Shown piece after piece: positions 25,888 to 40,273 of a DNA stretch of 64,000 nt. Source of the DNA: Camelus ferus (lineage: Eukaryota). Below the pieces are notes generated by a model. That model saw nothing but the letters and a program-made list of their open reading frames with translations. It had not been told where the DNA came from and made no database searches. Numbering within the stretch: the first letter of the stretch is position 1; each line of letters opens with the position of its first letter. The position numbers and the translations under genes were made by a program. The stretch lies in contig NC_045697.1 in the NCBI RefSeq assembly GCF_009834535.1, forward strand, positions 68,078,001 to 68,142,000, in the 5' to 3' direction.

Positions 25888-26379
25888 TGTATGGAAGAAA
25901 AACTTTTCCTTCTTCCTTTCTAGGTTTTTTGGCTGGCCTAATAATTAAATTGACATAAGGTAAATTAACAGGAGAAAAACAAATTTAATTTTGTACAAAC
26001 GGGAGCTCATAAAAATATATTCAAAGACATGACCAAAGCAAGCAGCTTTTACACCTTTTACACAAAGAAACAATAAATCTGTGAAGAATTGACAAGACAA
26101 AGAGGTTTGGGCTTGGGGTGATAAATTAGTGAAGAAGTAACAAGGTTTGTTTACACAGGCTTCTCAGCCTTGAATTTCCTAACTGTGGTAATGAGGATAA
26201 CTCCCTCCTGCCTGGCACAGGGAGGGCACCTTTCACATGGTGGATTTATTTCTTGCTTTCAGGGGAACAAAGAGGGGTGAGATTGTTCTTCTTGCACTGG
26301 GTGTTTCTTAAATAAGTTTAATTCAAAACAATTAATATGCCAAAATGACATATTTTGGGGTGGCCTATTCTCCCCTTCA
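25888..26379 (-). mobile_element. ERV1 solo LTR, MER34-family, complete
   Basis: TG...CA termini (tgtatggaagaaaaacttttcc ... atattttggggtggcctattctccccttca). Flanks ttct / ctct match 3 of 4, consistent with a 4-bp TSD. Confidence 0.85.
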
Positions 26380-27944
26380 CTCTATATAGCTATATATAGC
26401 TTTATATCATATATAACTCTGACATGGTATTTTTACCCTTTATCCAGTCGATCATCAAAAAATGTTTATTGAATAATGAATGTGTTAAATAACCTGTACA
26501 TCCCCTAGTCATCTCCCTCTGATGAATACAGACCGCTTTACTGTAAGACAACACCCTCTTGATTTAATTCTTGAATGACATCTCCTAAATGTACAGTGTA
26601 TTATAGCACAACAACACATCTCTTAGGCACAGTGGTACACATACACTACACACTCGTGAATTTTTGTTTTTCATATGCTTATGCCTGCTCTTGTTCCTCT
26701 TCCCTTGCAATCAACTTAAAATCCAAGAAAAAATTATCATGTGTTTATCACAATAATTAATTTTTGTTTACTCTCATTTCACCCATTCTTACATTTCTTA
26801 GCAAAGGACAAGGAGAAATGGTATGTGTATTTATGGTGGGTGTAGGTGACAGTAGCTACAAAAGAGGGCCAAAAAAATTATTTCATAAAAGTTTTGTAAG
26901 ATACTGCAGTATAAGCAATAAGGCTTTTGGTACCCTGAGGATAAAAACAACACTCAAGCAGAGAGAAAGGAAAACTGCCAGCTTCTATAAGATTCACACA
27001 TTGACTTTATCAAAGAAAGGTCTTTAAAAAGCACAAACAGTGGATACTGACAGTACCAATGGTGATACCCAGAGGGAGCCAATGACAGTGATGCCTGACA
27101 GTAAATAGCACAGTGGGAGAAACAGAACCTATGAGAATGGCCTCAAATATGAGCGCTTAAGTGAGAAGTGGCTGTTACTAGAGGTGACCAGAGTATTGAA
27201 GATAGTTAAATGTTAATTTCTGTTCCTATCTGAAACATGCACAGGAAGTGCAAAGAATTAATTGGGATGGGAGATTTCTGAGGGTATTGTAAGTCTTGCA
27301 ATAGAAATTGGAGAAATTACCAAGAAATATCAATTTATAAATGGTTAAAACAAGAGGCATAATTAGGACATTAACTAAGATATATTGATTATAAATTATT
27401 TGTTCTTACTATAACTTAATCCTTTTAGTGGTGGTAAGAAAGAATATTTTCAATAGCCTTGCTCTTCTTTATAACCTTTCTTTCTTCTGAACATAGTACT
27501 TAATCCTTGTGATAAGAATAATATTACTATGTTTATAGAAGTTAAAAATTTGAGAGCTGGAAGGGATCTTGAATATCATCTCATGTCATCATCTCATATT
27601 ATAAATAGATTATTTTAGCCAAGTATGTTATCCAAATCACGTATCCGGTAGTTGAGCGAGAATGAGTAACTCAGAAAGTCATACTGTCCAGGTGCTGTGC
27701 TTCTTATGACACTACACTGCAATCTTTGGAATACCACATAATTTTAGAATAGCTATTTTTGACATGAGGAATATATTTCAGAATCTAAATTTTACATACA
27801 AAAGAGTCATAACAATTAAAATTGCAAAAAACATCAAAATACCAAAAAAAAAAAAAGATAAGAAAATTTAAATCCACATCCCTCATAGGCAGAATTTACA
27901 GAGGAAATATTTGAGAACCAGTCCCATGATTCCTGAACTCCATT

Positions 27945-28141
27945 TCATGGGCTTTCAAACTGCACCATCAGCTTTCCTGGGTCTCCAACTTACAGATGAC
28001 AGATCTTGGTACTTCTCAGCCTACATAGTCGTGTATACCAGTACCTTATAGTAAATCTCTTCACATACACGTATGTACAGTATATGCATATATATAAAAC
28101 CCTCTATTGGTTGCATTTCTCTGGGGAGGTCTGACTAATGC
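27945..28141 (+). mobile_element. MLT2 (ERVL) LTR 3' part
   Basis: caccatcagctttcctgggtctccaacttacagatgacagatcttggtacttctcagcct...ctattggttgcatttctctggggaggtctgactaatgc. Confidence 0.8.
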
Positions 28142-28190
28142 TCACTGAAAAAAAAAAAGCACAACTAAACAAAATTCTGCAACAAACATC

Positions 28191-29065
28191 TGAGAATCTT
28201 GGCATAGAGCTATTAAAACCCTTGTAATTACCTGAGTGATTCAGGTGATAAGATCATCTTTTATTATGATATTTGGTCCTAGTCCCAGATTCCTAAACCA
28301 GAGCTCCTAAAACCCTTAGAATCTCCAGAGTGGGAGTGAGGAGAGTCACTGTGTATGCTAATGAGATGACTGGTGCCTGGAGGCCCCTAGATAGCTTCCT
28401 GATGTGGACTGGTCTCCAGAACGACCAAAACATGATTAGAGGGTTGGAACTTTCAAAGTCAACCCTTCACTTCCTCAAGGGAGGGGAGAGGGGTTAAAGA
28501 CTGAGTTAATCAGCAATGGACAATGGTTTAATCCATTATATCTACCTAATAAAACTTCAATAAAAACTCCTGAACTATGGTTTGGAGAGCTTCCAGGTTG
28601 ATGTGCTAGGAGTGGCAGGGTGGTGTGCCTCAAACTCCACAGGGTCAGAAGCTCCTACCCTTGGGACTCTTCTGGACCTCACCTTACGTAGTCTTCATCT
28701 GGCTATTCATTTGTGTCCTTTATAATAAACCAGCAAGCACAGTAAATTATTACCCAAGTTCTACAGACCATTACAGCAAATTATTGAACCTGAAGAGGGG
28801 GCTGTGGAAACCCTCAATTTATAGCTGGTTGATCAGAACTATAGATATCAACCCGGGACTTGTGACTGGCATCTGAAGTAGGGAGGCAGTCTTGTGGGAC
28901 TGAGCTGTTAACCTGTGGGATCTGTGCTAACTCCAGGTAGTTAGTGTCAAAATTGAATTTAATTATACGATACCCAGTTGGTGTCCAGAGAGTTGGAGAA
29001 TTGATTGCTATTGTGGAAAATACACACATATTTGGTCTCAGGACTGCTGAGAGTAAAAACAGTTC
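28191..29065 (+). mobile_element. MER21 (B/C-like) LTR
   Basis: agagctcctaaaacccttagaat...atgctaatgagatgactggtg...cccctagatagcttc...catgattagagggttggaactttca...gtcttgtgggactgagc...ttggtgtccagagagttggagaattg. Confidence 0.88.
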
Positions 29066-29734
29066 ATAGCCCATCAGATGATATAGCTAAATTCAATAAT
29101 TAATAAAAAACATCTCCAAAGAGAGGAAGCTTTGGTAAATTCCGACCTCTCCAGTTTGTTAATCTCCTACATGCTGAGGCAGCCATAAAAATAAAAGTGT
29201 GTAACAGAATCATATTTTTTATTAAATGTGAGAATTGTTATTAAGACCATGTTGAGAGACAATGTTTCTTAATAAATTATATTTTAAGTCAGAAAGGCCA
29301 GATACATTCTTGCATGGGCTTACTGAAGGTTGCAGAAAGAGTACTCCTCTCTCATCCTCTACTCTCACAGATGATATCAAAGGAGAACTATGAGGGAGAA
29401 CGAGTATGGACAGTACAGAAGCGAAAGAATGAGAAACTCACAGAAATTGCTCATAAAGCTTGAGATTAAATGATGTAGTAGTTCAAGTCAGTCTTATCCA
29501 CTCACTCCACTATCAGCTCCAGGTCTACAGGACCTCCAGTGTCCGAGTTCAAGAGTATGAGCATCAAAGAAATGTCTCCAGAGGTCTTTAACTATAAGTA
29601 AACCTTAGGTTAGCCAGAAAAATGTAGTCAAATCTTTTAAAGGACCACTAGTATCTAGAGGAGCTGTCTGGGAGGAACCTTCCATCAGTGGTGACTATTG
29701 TAATCACCATCTTTCACATCATTTCCAACAGCAG

Positions 29735-30094
29735 TATGGTAGGCATGGTGATGTGTCACCCAGTTCTTTCTTCCAGGAAGAACTTGTTGCCACAGCTGCT
29801 GGGCATTGCTGGTGGTAAACAGCCTTCATCTGTCAGCCCCTTGAGGGACTGTTGCAGGTAGAGGACTGTTCAAGGCAGGGGGGATAAAGGCCCTGTTCTG
29901 GAAAATTCTAATTCTGGTCCCATTTTAGGTCCAGAGCTTTCTAAGGAGTGTGCAGTAGCTGTTTCTTGGCCTACATTGTAGCTCAACTTCCCATTCTGAC
30001 CAGCTATGCTTTCTTCTCAAGAACATTTCTAGATGAACATCCTATAAACTAAACTTATCTAATTCTACTTTCCAGAAACTCAATCCAAGTGACA
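29735..30094 (+). mobile_element. LTR16A-like ERVL LTR
   Basis: acttgttgccacagctgctggg...acagccttcatctgtcagccccttgagggactg...gctcaacttccc...tactttccagaaactcaatccaagtgaca. Confidence 0.75.
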
Positions 30095-32399
30095 AGCAGT
30101 TACAGCTAACTGGAGAAAGGACAACAACCTCTTCTTGGGCAGTTTAGTAAGTAGGAAATGTGTCTCTTTAACCTTTTTTAAGGTATATGCTAGCGGTATT
30201 TGCTGGGAAAGGAAGGGAGGAAATGTGACAGAACATTCTTGCAGGGTAAGGTTTAATATATGAAGGAGACAATTTATAATGACTAAGTCTTTGAGGTAGC
30301 AATAAGATTTTTTCAGATTAGATTAATTATTGAAAAGTCATGGTTTCAGACTGATACACCATTAAAAAGCCTAATTCCAAACAGGAAGGAGGAGATTTTG
30401 GTAGGTCAGGGTGAATAGACATTGCCACATTTTAAAAGCCATTACTTATTTATTTATAAACAAATGAATTGAAACTTCTCTAAGCTAGTAGTATGTGTGT
30501 GTGCACATGTGTGCTGTAGAAGAACTTGTCATGAAATCAATCTTGTGTTATCCTATATAGAAATGCCATATTCCAAATAATGACATTTTCCCCACAGTCA
30601 AAATATTTGTATCTACTTGCTTATTTCAATGAGATTCATAATAATAGCATATTTATTTATTCACAATAATAGCATAATATTCAGGTGATTATTCTACCAT
30701 GCCAGATACTGTACCCATATTATTTTAAAAATTCATTACAAGTAGATTAATGTCTTTTTCCAGAAGTATCCTGCAAACTGCAGTTACGAACTGTCCAACA
30801 CCACTGAAGACAAATTTAAATGAACTTTTGAATCTCAAATGTGAAAGACAAGTTAAACACTGATGAACTATAAACTGTAATTTTACCATGAGGGAACATT
30901 GAATCCCCTTTAATAGAATTTCTCAGAGTCTTTTGGTCTTTCTTACAAGTGTTCAGTCTGTTACTATTTTTGTAGCAATCCTACATGCAAAAGTAAATTT
31001 GGAGATACAGATAATGAAGAAGCATAAAGTCAATTAATAAATAAAAGATTATAATTGATGGTGGCCATATAAGCATAGTATTCCGAGATCCTTCTGTCAT
31101 TTTTGATCAGAAAAAATTTAAAAATCCAAGAAAAAGAAAAATAATGCTAATGCTGAGAAAAATTTGAGTGTTAAGTAAAAATACATAAACAGATAAATAA
31201 AATAACTGAATAACAGGTGAAGAAATCAGTTAGGGCCTCAAATCATCAAAAAGATTAGAACTATTATATACATGTGTGTATAAACCCAAAGTCTATGATT
31301 TATATAATATATACTATTTATATATATAATATAAATCTCTCAGGTATGTTTGATTGTAGGGTTGTAAGTTGAGCAAAAAATCACCAGTAGAAGCAGTATC
31401 TTGGACTTAATTATTTGTCTCTTCTAATAAGAGCCAATAAATACATACACAGGTTAGAATACCTAAGTAGTTACTTAATTAACTTTGAGAAATGCACAAA
31501 GACCAAATAAATACAGGAAATATGTGATTAATGTATTGAGGAGAAACAACTTGGAATAAGGCAGATGCTGGCATATGGCACAGTTGGAGGGCTACATATT
31601 TCATTCACATCCAGAGGGATCCAAACAGGGAATGTGACTACTTCTGGGATATGGATAAAAATGCAAATAGAGCCATTGGACTACATCCCTGGAGTAAGAT
31701 ACATACTCCAGAAGATACAGATGTCAATTTGGACAGTAAGGGTGATTAGTGTGATCTAGTAATCAAAAAGAGACAGCAAAGGCAGAATCTGAATTCTTCT
31801 ACATTTAGGTCCTGTGACATGTTGTTATTGAACTCAATTAAAATAAATTACTGAGATGTAACTAAGTTAGTTTTATCATGAGGTATGACTCATCCAGTTA
31901 GTAAGGAAATTCACAGTTTCCTTAACTGTAAATTAAGAGTTAATGGGAGTCAGTAAACAATATTTGATCCCAGGAACACAGCTTTCTATTTTCTTAAGGA
32001 AGACTAATGGCTTAAGATGGCATCCTGCCTCACTGGTTAAACAACAGAATGAGAAAACAGGGGCTGTGAATTTTAATTCTGAATAATGATTCATCTCACA
32101 TTAAGTGAAGCAATTAAATTTTGTTTCTTTGCATATAAAATGGAACAAATAATACCCAGTTACACTGTGGGAATATTGTAATGAGAAACTCAAAATGCAT
32201 ACTTATAAATAACCTCAAAAATATAAAGTTCCAGATCATTAAATAGTAGTATTTTAAAATTTAACAGTCATATGCAAAATTTATTATTAGTTTTATGCTA
32301 CATTATTAAGCTAGTAACATAAAATGGTGTGTGAATGTGTAAAAGTTGTCTTCACTCTCTAGATAAAATGACTATGAGGCAAAATTAAATTTATTCAAA

Positions 32400-33560
32400 T
32401 AATTTAAAATTTACAAAATTTAAGAAAGAATGGCATTGGTCCATAGATAGAAAAACTGACCAATGGGCACAGAAAAGATTAGAGAAAAAGATCCATACAT
32501 AGACAGTAACTGAATGTGTCAAAATAATTACCGAAGTACAGTGAGGAAAGAATGGTCTTTTTAATAAATGGTGCTGAATATTTAGATATAATATAGGAAA
32601 ATAAATCAGACTGTACCATACCTACAGCTATACACTAAATAAAATGGACCTAGCTGTGAAATGTAAAGCAGTTAAGCTTCTTAAAAAAATAGAAGAATAT
32701 TTTCATGACTTGGGGAGGATTCAGAGATTTTTTACATAGGACAAAATAAATATTAATCTTAAAGAAAAGACTGATAATTTGGACCACATTAAAATTAAGA
32801 ACTTCCATTTATCAAAAGATTCTATTCAGAGAATAAAAAGTAAGCCACAGAATTGATGAAAATATCTCTAAGTCACATTTGACAAAGGATTCACGTCCAG
32901 AAAATATAAAGAACTCCTAAAATCAATGAAAAAAGGAAAGAAAACACAAAAGAAAAATGAGCAAAGTAATTAATCCTGCACTTCACATACACAAAAAAAG
33001 GTTAAATAAAATAGGACTACAAAATATGTAAAAAGGTCCTTAACCTCATTCCATCAGATAAATGGAAATTAGAACTACAGTGGGATAATTTCTACCAGGA
33101 AGGCTAAAATTGAAAAGACTACTGTTATGGACTGAATTGTGTCCTCCAAAATTCCTATGCTGAAGTTCTAACCTCCAGCACCTCAGAATGTGACTGTATT
33201 TGGAGACAGAGTCTTTAAAGAGGTAGTTAAGTTAAAATGAAGTGATTAGGGTAAGCCTGAATCCAGTATGTCTGGAGTCTTTATATGAAGAGGCAATTTG
33301 GACACAGACACACACAGACAGAGGAGACACCATGGGAGGTCACAGGAAAAAGATGGCCATCTACAAGTCAAGAAGAAACCAACCCTGTGGATATCTTAAT
33401 TTCAGACTTCCAGACTCCAAACTTATGAGAAAATAAAACTGCTGCTGTGTGAGCCAATCTGTGATATTTTGTTGTGGTAGACCTAGTGGACTAATACAAT
33501 GACAGTATCAACTGCTGGTAAAATTATGGAAAAAACTGCATACTCATACACAGCAGGTGT
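32400..33560 (+). mobile_element. L1ME ORF2 3' fragment interrupted by MLT1B
   Basis: aaagaatggtctttttaataaatggtgctg...gaccacattaaaattaagaacttcc...tttgacaaaggattcacgtccagaaaatataaagaactcct. Confidence 0.8.
33123..33498 (+). mobile_element. MLT1B solo LTR, complete
   Basis: tgttatggactgaattgtgtcctccaaaattc...cctcagaatgtgactgtatttggagacaga...agatggccatctacaagtcaag...gactaataca. Confidence 0.9.
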
Positions 33561-33569
33561 CCAAACCTC

Positions 33570-33920
33570 AAGCTTTCTGTCACTTCAAGGGGGCCTTTGC
33601 ACAACTGTATGACTTGCTTCCTCACTTATAATAAGTCTTTGAGCAGATACTACTTTCTTGTGAGGGCTTTCCTGACCTCCATCTAATATCATATCACCCT
33701 TTCACACATTCTTTATTTTCCTTTTTGCTTCATTCTGAGTAATTATTTACCACTACATTTATTAGATATTTATTATATGCCCTTCACATACTAACATAAA
33801 AGCACTTGAAGGACATAGATTTTATCAGCTCTTTTTTTTTTTCTGTATTCTATTCACCTGAAATACTGCGTGATATATAGTTGGCAATCAGTAAATATTT
33901 GTTCAAAGGGAATAAATGAA
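33570..33920 (+). mobile_element. L2 3' region
   Basis: gggcctttgcacaactgt...gtgagggctttcctgacc...atatagttggcaatcagtaaatatttgtt...aataaatgaa. Confidence 0.65.
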
Positions 33921-35279
33921 TCAGTTTTATCTTACTTTTAATTATTAGGCTTCAATATTACCCTATCACCTGTAACTTTTAATAAATGGATAATTGTCAA
34001 ATGAGAATAACTTGTGGGTTAGCTTAAACTATGAATAATGATGTGAAGAAGAATACAAGATAGCCAGTGTTTACTAACATTAGTCAAATGGCTCAATTTA
34101 ACACTTTTTATTTTAACAAATCACAATGATCTTTATAATGGTCTGGTAGAAAATCGCCATATCAGAGGGAACAAATAGATTGTTTTTTTCTTCTCAGAGT
34201 AGTTGTCTCTTATTATGTAAGTATAGATTGCATAACCATATGTCTTTCTCAAAAACTAAAGTTGTTTAAGCAATGTAATTGGAGGTCAGTTGCTCGAATT
34301 AAAATTTAATGGAATCAGTGGGACTCATGAAATGCTGGAACAAAGTGCTTTTTAGCAATTGCCCCACTTCTGCCATGTATAAGTGTTTTATTTCCCCACA
34401 TATATGATCTTTATAATTATTCAGTGCAATTTAGATACTATTTCTTCTCTAGAGTCAAGAGAAATGTAGATTCAATTATTCAATAGAAAATTACTTTCTC
34501 CAATTCTACATATTTTGTCCAAAACAAATCTTATTCCTTCTGCAAATATATCATACACCTCATTTGTTTTTTAAAGATACTAAACATCATGTTTTATTAA
34601 CACAGATGCAAATTCTATCTAAGTTTGGAATTAGAATTTTTTTTTCCTAAGGAGTTCTATTAAAATACTCTATCCTAACCACTTGCCTCATGAGTTTCTG
34701 TCCATAGATATTTCTCATTCATAGCTGGCTGATTTGTTTCTTCATTATGAATGCTGCACCATAAACATTCAGACTGTCCTTTTTCCCCTTCATCAGAATT
34801 GGTCTATGACCTGCTTGAGAGCATTTCCATGGAGCTACAGATAAACATGACAGGTCACCTTCTCTGATTTATTATTTTTATTAGGATTTGAAATCATTAC
34901 CATGGAAGAGTGCGCACGAGTTATCTTATTAAATCAAGATCAAAATTTAACTCAGTAAGACATTCTTATCTGGTTCCCAACTTGCTAACTTGTCATTTTC
35001 ATCTGTTTTGTTTCTTTTACACTTAAATCTCTAGCTCTGAGGCCCCTTATCTCATTTTTCCCCCTTTCCTTTAGGCACTCCACCAATTTCTCTTCTGTGA
35101 CTAGATCTGTGTTTTTTGCTTCCATTATTTTTTAAACTTTGTTATTGTGGTTGGCCTTTCAGAATGTAAATGGGAACTAGTCCAGAAATGTTGGCTATTT
35201 CCATGCTCCTATGTCAATATTTTGTGAATCACGATTTGTTAAAAGGTCAGAAGACCAAGAGTCTGTAAGATTAAGTAGC

Positions 35280-35415
35280 TAGCATTAGATGTTTAGCACA
35301 AGGCTCTATCCCAGACTGTGATCTTTTTGTGAACATGATCATCTCTGTATTTTCATTATGATATCTCAGTAACTACCTCAGTGCCTCTCGCATAGACTGT
35401 GCTCAATAAATGTTT
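35280..35415 (+). mobile_element. MIR fragment
   Basis: ctgtgatc...tctctgtattttcatt...gtaactacctcagtgcctctcgcatagactgtgctcaataaatgttt. Confidence 0.5.
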
Positions 35416-38255
35416 ATAAACAGATTCTGTTTGCTTGCTTTTATTTGGTACTCATAGAGCACATGCACATTTCAAATATCCTTAGTTATACATTTGACTC
35501 TCTTGACTGTTTAAATCTCTAACTAAAATAATTTCAATTGAAATGTGTCCTTTGAATGCTCTTCTAGTCAGAGTATAGAGCTTTAAATAACTGGATTCTA
35601 TAATTTTATTTTCCTTTAAAGTCTGTATCTTTTCTCCTAAGATATGATTCTCAATAAAATGAGAGAAAAATGCATCATTTTCTATTCATCCTTTCAACCT
35701 CTTATACGAGACAATATAACTGTCAAAGAATTAACATTGACATCGGAGAAAATTATAAGGGAGAAAGTAAGTTAAAATATAATTGCATGAAAATTATTTT
35801 GCTTACATGTGTAAAATCTATAAATATTAAAGCTGTGACACTGAGAAAAGATGGGGCTTTCATTAACCTATAATGAAAAGATGCTTAGCAAGGACAAAAT
35901 TTTCAGTGATTTGTGAAACAGAACTCCTCTTAGATTTTTTTGGAAAATTGACATAGGCTGATGCATAGGTTAAAAAAATAAAGATAGAGAATTTCAATAT
36001 CTTAACTGCTCTGAGGTAGATGTATAAACAATATGAAATAGTTTTCTCCTCCTTTAAGAAAGTCATCTCAAAACAAGAAGAAACAAAGAATGCAAGAAGG
36101 GGCTTCAGAGGATTTACACACTCATTTTGCCCTGTTTAGTTAATTAAGTGACCTCAATAACATGGAGGGCATCCATTTTTAAATCTCAGGATCTCAGAAC
36201 AGTAGATCATATCTGAAAATCAAAACACAAGTGGTCATCTCTGCTATCAAGGGGAGGGCAAATTCACGGGTGGATTAATGTAGCTTTTTGTTTCATCTAT
36301 TTCTTTCATTAACCTTTTGTCTTTATACTACCTATTGCTTAATTTTTCTGTTTTAATGAGAGGGAGAGATTGAGAGAGAGGGCCTATTAAACTCTTGGTT
36401 AAAAAGAAGTTTTTTGCTTGTCTCTTTTATGTTTTCTCTCCCAGCTGTCTATTAGACTATAAAATCAATGGATTATTTTAGAATATTTTAAAGACCTCTA
36501 TAATAATCACGTGAGAAAAGAAGAGGTTTTTTTTAAATATTAAAAGATAGGAAAAGGTTGTTGTTTTGTCATAAAGTAGAAAAGCAGGTATCCTGCAAGG
36601 CACATCTAACAGATGGGTCCATAAACCTGGCTTTCAAGGATGCTTTGTGTCGCTGAGTGTGAAGGCTGCCAAGAACAGCTTCCAGCTGTGGGAAGTTCTA
36701 GGTAGTGCCAAGGAGAGAGCCTGACTCCAGTTCTACAGAGGTTGAATCTGCATGAAGAAAGCTTGCAGAAGTCCAAAGAGATTAAAGAGGAAGATGAGAC
36801 TGAAGGACCTGAATAGGGACATAAAGCACAGAAAGGTTTGGCATATAAAAAAGTGGTGCAAAGGTTGATTCAGTAAATAATCCATGAACCCAACTTTCTT
36901 ATGTACTTGCATCTTATGGGCCACAGATATAATTTTTAAAGAACTGATTCAGAGGAATGGGTTACTTACCATAATTAACTTTATGTTGTCCTCAGTGCCT
37001 ACACTGTTTTGTCAATAAGTACTCGTTCAATATTTGTTTAGTTTAATTTAATTATAGGTAGAATCTCCCAGCAGCTGCAGAGGAAGCAAGAGAAATGATT
37101 TTTCCTTTCTTTTTTACTTTAGAGTAACATTGACACTTTACCTTCTAGAAAGGTGGATTTATTTAAACAGAATTTATTTAACTGCTCAATAAATACAAGA
37201 ATAATAGCAAACCTTTCCAAATATAATTTTTTAAAGTTGCTTACATTTTTATGCTTAGTTAACTTTGTTATTTAACTAATTGTTATTAATGTTGATTGAT
37301 ATTGATATAATACTATTCATATACTAAGGCAACTTTAGTTCTAGATAAAATTTTATCACATTTAAAAAGATCACTGTAATAGCATTACTTGTTTACTCAG
37401 AAACAGAAAATGATGTTACATATTAATCAGAGATATCTAAGAAAAAATATTGTATGCTAATTTCAATGTCTCCAACTATGTTTGAAAAAAGACAATTTTA
37501 TAGTACTGTATCATAAAAGTGAATCTTGGCAGTATATAAATATTTAGCATAATTTTTCTGCTGGGAAGTTTAAATCATATTATTGATGCATCATATCATT
37601 TTTTAATATATTTTAAATTTTTTATAGTTTAAGGTGATAACAAAATAGTTGCTACTCTATCTACATGAAACACAAAGCACTGCTCTTTCACAAACATCCA
37701 AATGTTGTTGGTATGATCCAGTTTTAACTCATATTTCCTCTTTTACTATAATCTAGCACAATGCACAAGAAGTTACCACATAGTTATCACATAATTAGAC
37801 TATTTTTATTATAATACAGTAACAGCAAGACTTTCATATAAAAGCAAACAATATAAAAATTAAAATGCCCTGGTGCAAAAAAAAAAATTTGCAAGGCTAT
37901 CTTCTTACTTATGAGAGAAATATTTGCCAAAGGCTTAAATGGTATACATATATTGACTCTTCTTGAGAAACCTATTACATTTCATTATCCAGAAAGGTGA
38001 GCATTGACTGAAAAGAATGTTGCATTTGGATTACATTTTGTCCTTGGGTCACAATTTTCCCAGTCCCCATTTCCAGGAATGTTTACTACTTAATGCACAC
38101 CATCGTTTTGTTCCCAATAAGTAAAATGCTCTGGATTGAGTCTAAACCTGATTGATGTCAGCAGGGTGTAGAGCTATATGAATATATAATGTATTTTGAC
38201 ATAAAAACTTGAACTTTCTTTGTTCTCTCTTTTGTCTACTTTCTTAGAAGTCAAT

Positions 38256-39055
38256 TGACACATTATGCCCCTGCCCCCATCCTCCCCTCAGGATTGAGTG
38301 CAGAATCCCCTCTCCTGTCTGGGAAGCAGGAAACAGACAGCTTTGTTTCTAACAAAAAGACTCCCTAATCAGGGAGAAAGAGAAAGAGAGAGAGAGATGA
38401 ACAGAGAGACTATTTTTAGTGTGTTTTGTTCTACTTCTTTTATTTTTCCTTTGTAACAAAGGGCTAATTTAAGAGTGGGATGGAAAAGAAGATAGACTCC
38501 AAAAATCAGGAACCACTGAGCTAAAGGAGCAGACCTAGCACAGAGTGGCTGCCCAGGAGGTTTTGCTTCAGTGCCTCAGAGACATACCAGATGAGTGGCA
38601 GTGCTAGTGCTCAGGAATGTGGGAACTTCACACTGCCACACAGCATGCTGTGGCAGGTGGCTGTTCCCACACCAACAGTATCAGGAGAGATATTAGGTCC
38701 ACGTTACCAGAATTATTTCTCCCTGCCTCTGTTTATCTGTGAAAACGCTTTCCAGCAATACATCTCAAGGTATCTCTAAGACCAAAGCACACACCCCCAT
38801 TCCAAGTATTCATTTCTATATACAGCAGCTGGCGTTTGAGCCATGTGTGTAAAGTGGATTCCACTTGTGCTACCATGACTGCAATTAATTACATCAAGAT
38901 AAAGCATCGGACCAAACAGCAACTGTAGTTTCAGCTGAATATGAGAACAGCAAGCAACTGTGTGGTAATAATCCATTTCAGTCAAATAAACTCTCTTGTA
39001 CAGTGTCAAGTGCTGGATGCACCAGGAGAACGTGGACACTCAAGCTCAGGTCACA
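38256..39055 (+). mobile_element. Possible ancient LTR (MamGyp/ERVL-like), family unassigned
   Basis: About 800-bp GC-richer block with an internal GA tract, AATAAA at 38986 and a ggtcaca end at about 39055. I did not recognise an exact consensus. Confidence 0.3.
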
Positions 39056-39214
39056 TCTCAAACAACTGAGTTCCATTTCTGGCTCTCTCCCTGGCTTTCT
39101 CTGCACCCCAGTCTTGGATCTAATCTGACCACACAGTCCACATTGCTGAGAAGGAGATGACATACATACACATGGATCTTCAAAGCTAGTAATGGCAAGC
39201 CAAGTATTTATCAA

Positions 39215-39448
39215 GATAACATCACTCTCCTTCTGAACCTTCTGCTTCTCTCTTCCCAATTTAAGAGCCCTTATGATTGCAAATTGGGCCCATTTGGATG
39301 ATCCAGGATAAACCCCTTTTTGAAGGTCAGTTGATTAGCAACATTAATTTTATCTATAACCATAATTCTTTGCCATGTAACACATTCACATGGATTAGGG
39401 ATCAGGGTGTTGACATCTTGGAAGACCATTATTCTGCTTCCCACCACA
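39215..39448 (-). mobile_element. MLT1D/E LTR 5' fragment
   Basis: gggcccatttggatgatccaggataa...aaggtcagttgattagcaac...ttgccatgtaac...gacatcttggaagaccattattctgcttcccaccaca. Confidence 0.8.
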
Positions 39449-39735
39449 GGAGGCTGTTTATAAGAACTGAGATAACATTTCAGATTCATAAGAGATGTTG
39501 TCATTTGTATGGGACACAAATGAGCAACTCTAGTCAGGCAAATACCTGGTAACTTGAGACAGTAAGACTAATTCTAGAGCCAACCATGCTGTTGTGGGTA
39601 CAACTTCTAACAACTGTTACATATGGTGGATAAGGTTTGAAGTTCAGGGAGACACTACTGGTTTTTAGCTTGAGAGAGTGGGGGCAGTCAGAGAATAAGA
39701 TTTCCACATTAATAAATAAAAATTATCCCAGCTAT

Positions 39736-39784
39736 CAATTTCACTTCTGTTATCTTTGCTAACAATTTCACTCCTGTTATTTTT
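39736..39784. repeat. Short direct repeat with a 27-bp period
   Basis: caatttcacttctgttatcttt / caatttcactcctgttattttt. Confidence 0.75.
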
Positions 39785-40223
39785 TTCACTTGAAGGTTTT
39801 TCAGAATTAAAAGTCATCTCTTATTTCTAAGCCTTAAAAATGGTTTTGTAGTAAACCATCCAAAGCACTGAATAACTAAACTTAAATTATTTAAGGTTTA
39901 TAACTTTTAAGTCTTAAAAGTGACTCTTGCTGTGGAATGTCCTGAAACAATGAAACACTAAGCTTAAAAGATTTAGAGTCAAGTTTGCTGTGTGCTAATA
40001 CATCTTCTCTATTCCATCATCAATTATAGAAAAAAAATTAAACCCCACCAAAACCAGACACTGTTAACCTCCTTCTTAAATTCTCAACTGTAAAAATAAG
40101 ATAATGATAATTGAAGCCTAGAATTTACCCGTTTTCTGTAACATTTGAATGTATTTTTGTTTCTTTGCTGTGAGGCTGTGGAGAGACTTTTATAAGGTTT
40201 TCTCCCCAGGTTGTTTACACACT

Positions 40224-40225
<2 letters not shown>

Positions 40226-40272
<47 letters not shown>
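40226..40272. repeat. Perfect (AC)n microsatellite, about 23 units
   Basis: Seen directly. Confidence 0.98.

Positions 40273-40273
<1 letters not shown>

Noticed and set aside
22184..26379. Possible provirus bounded by two MER34-like LTRs
   Set aside because: The LTRs are divergent and oppositely oriented, and the interior is L1 rather than gag/pol/env.
29371..29463. Strong acceptor followed by a 30-aa ATG ORF
   Set aside because: No convincing donor and no homology recognised; expected by chance.
34797..34853. 57-nt symmetric exon candidate (ELVYDLLESISMELQINMT)
   Set aside because: The acceptor is good but the donor GTCACC is poor, and the peptide is not recognised.
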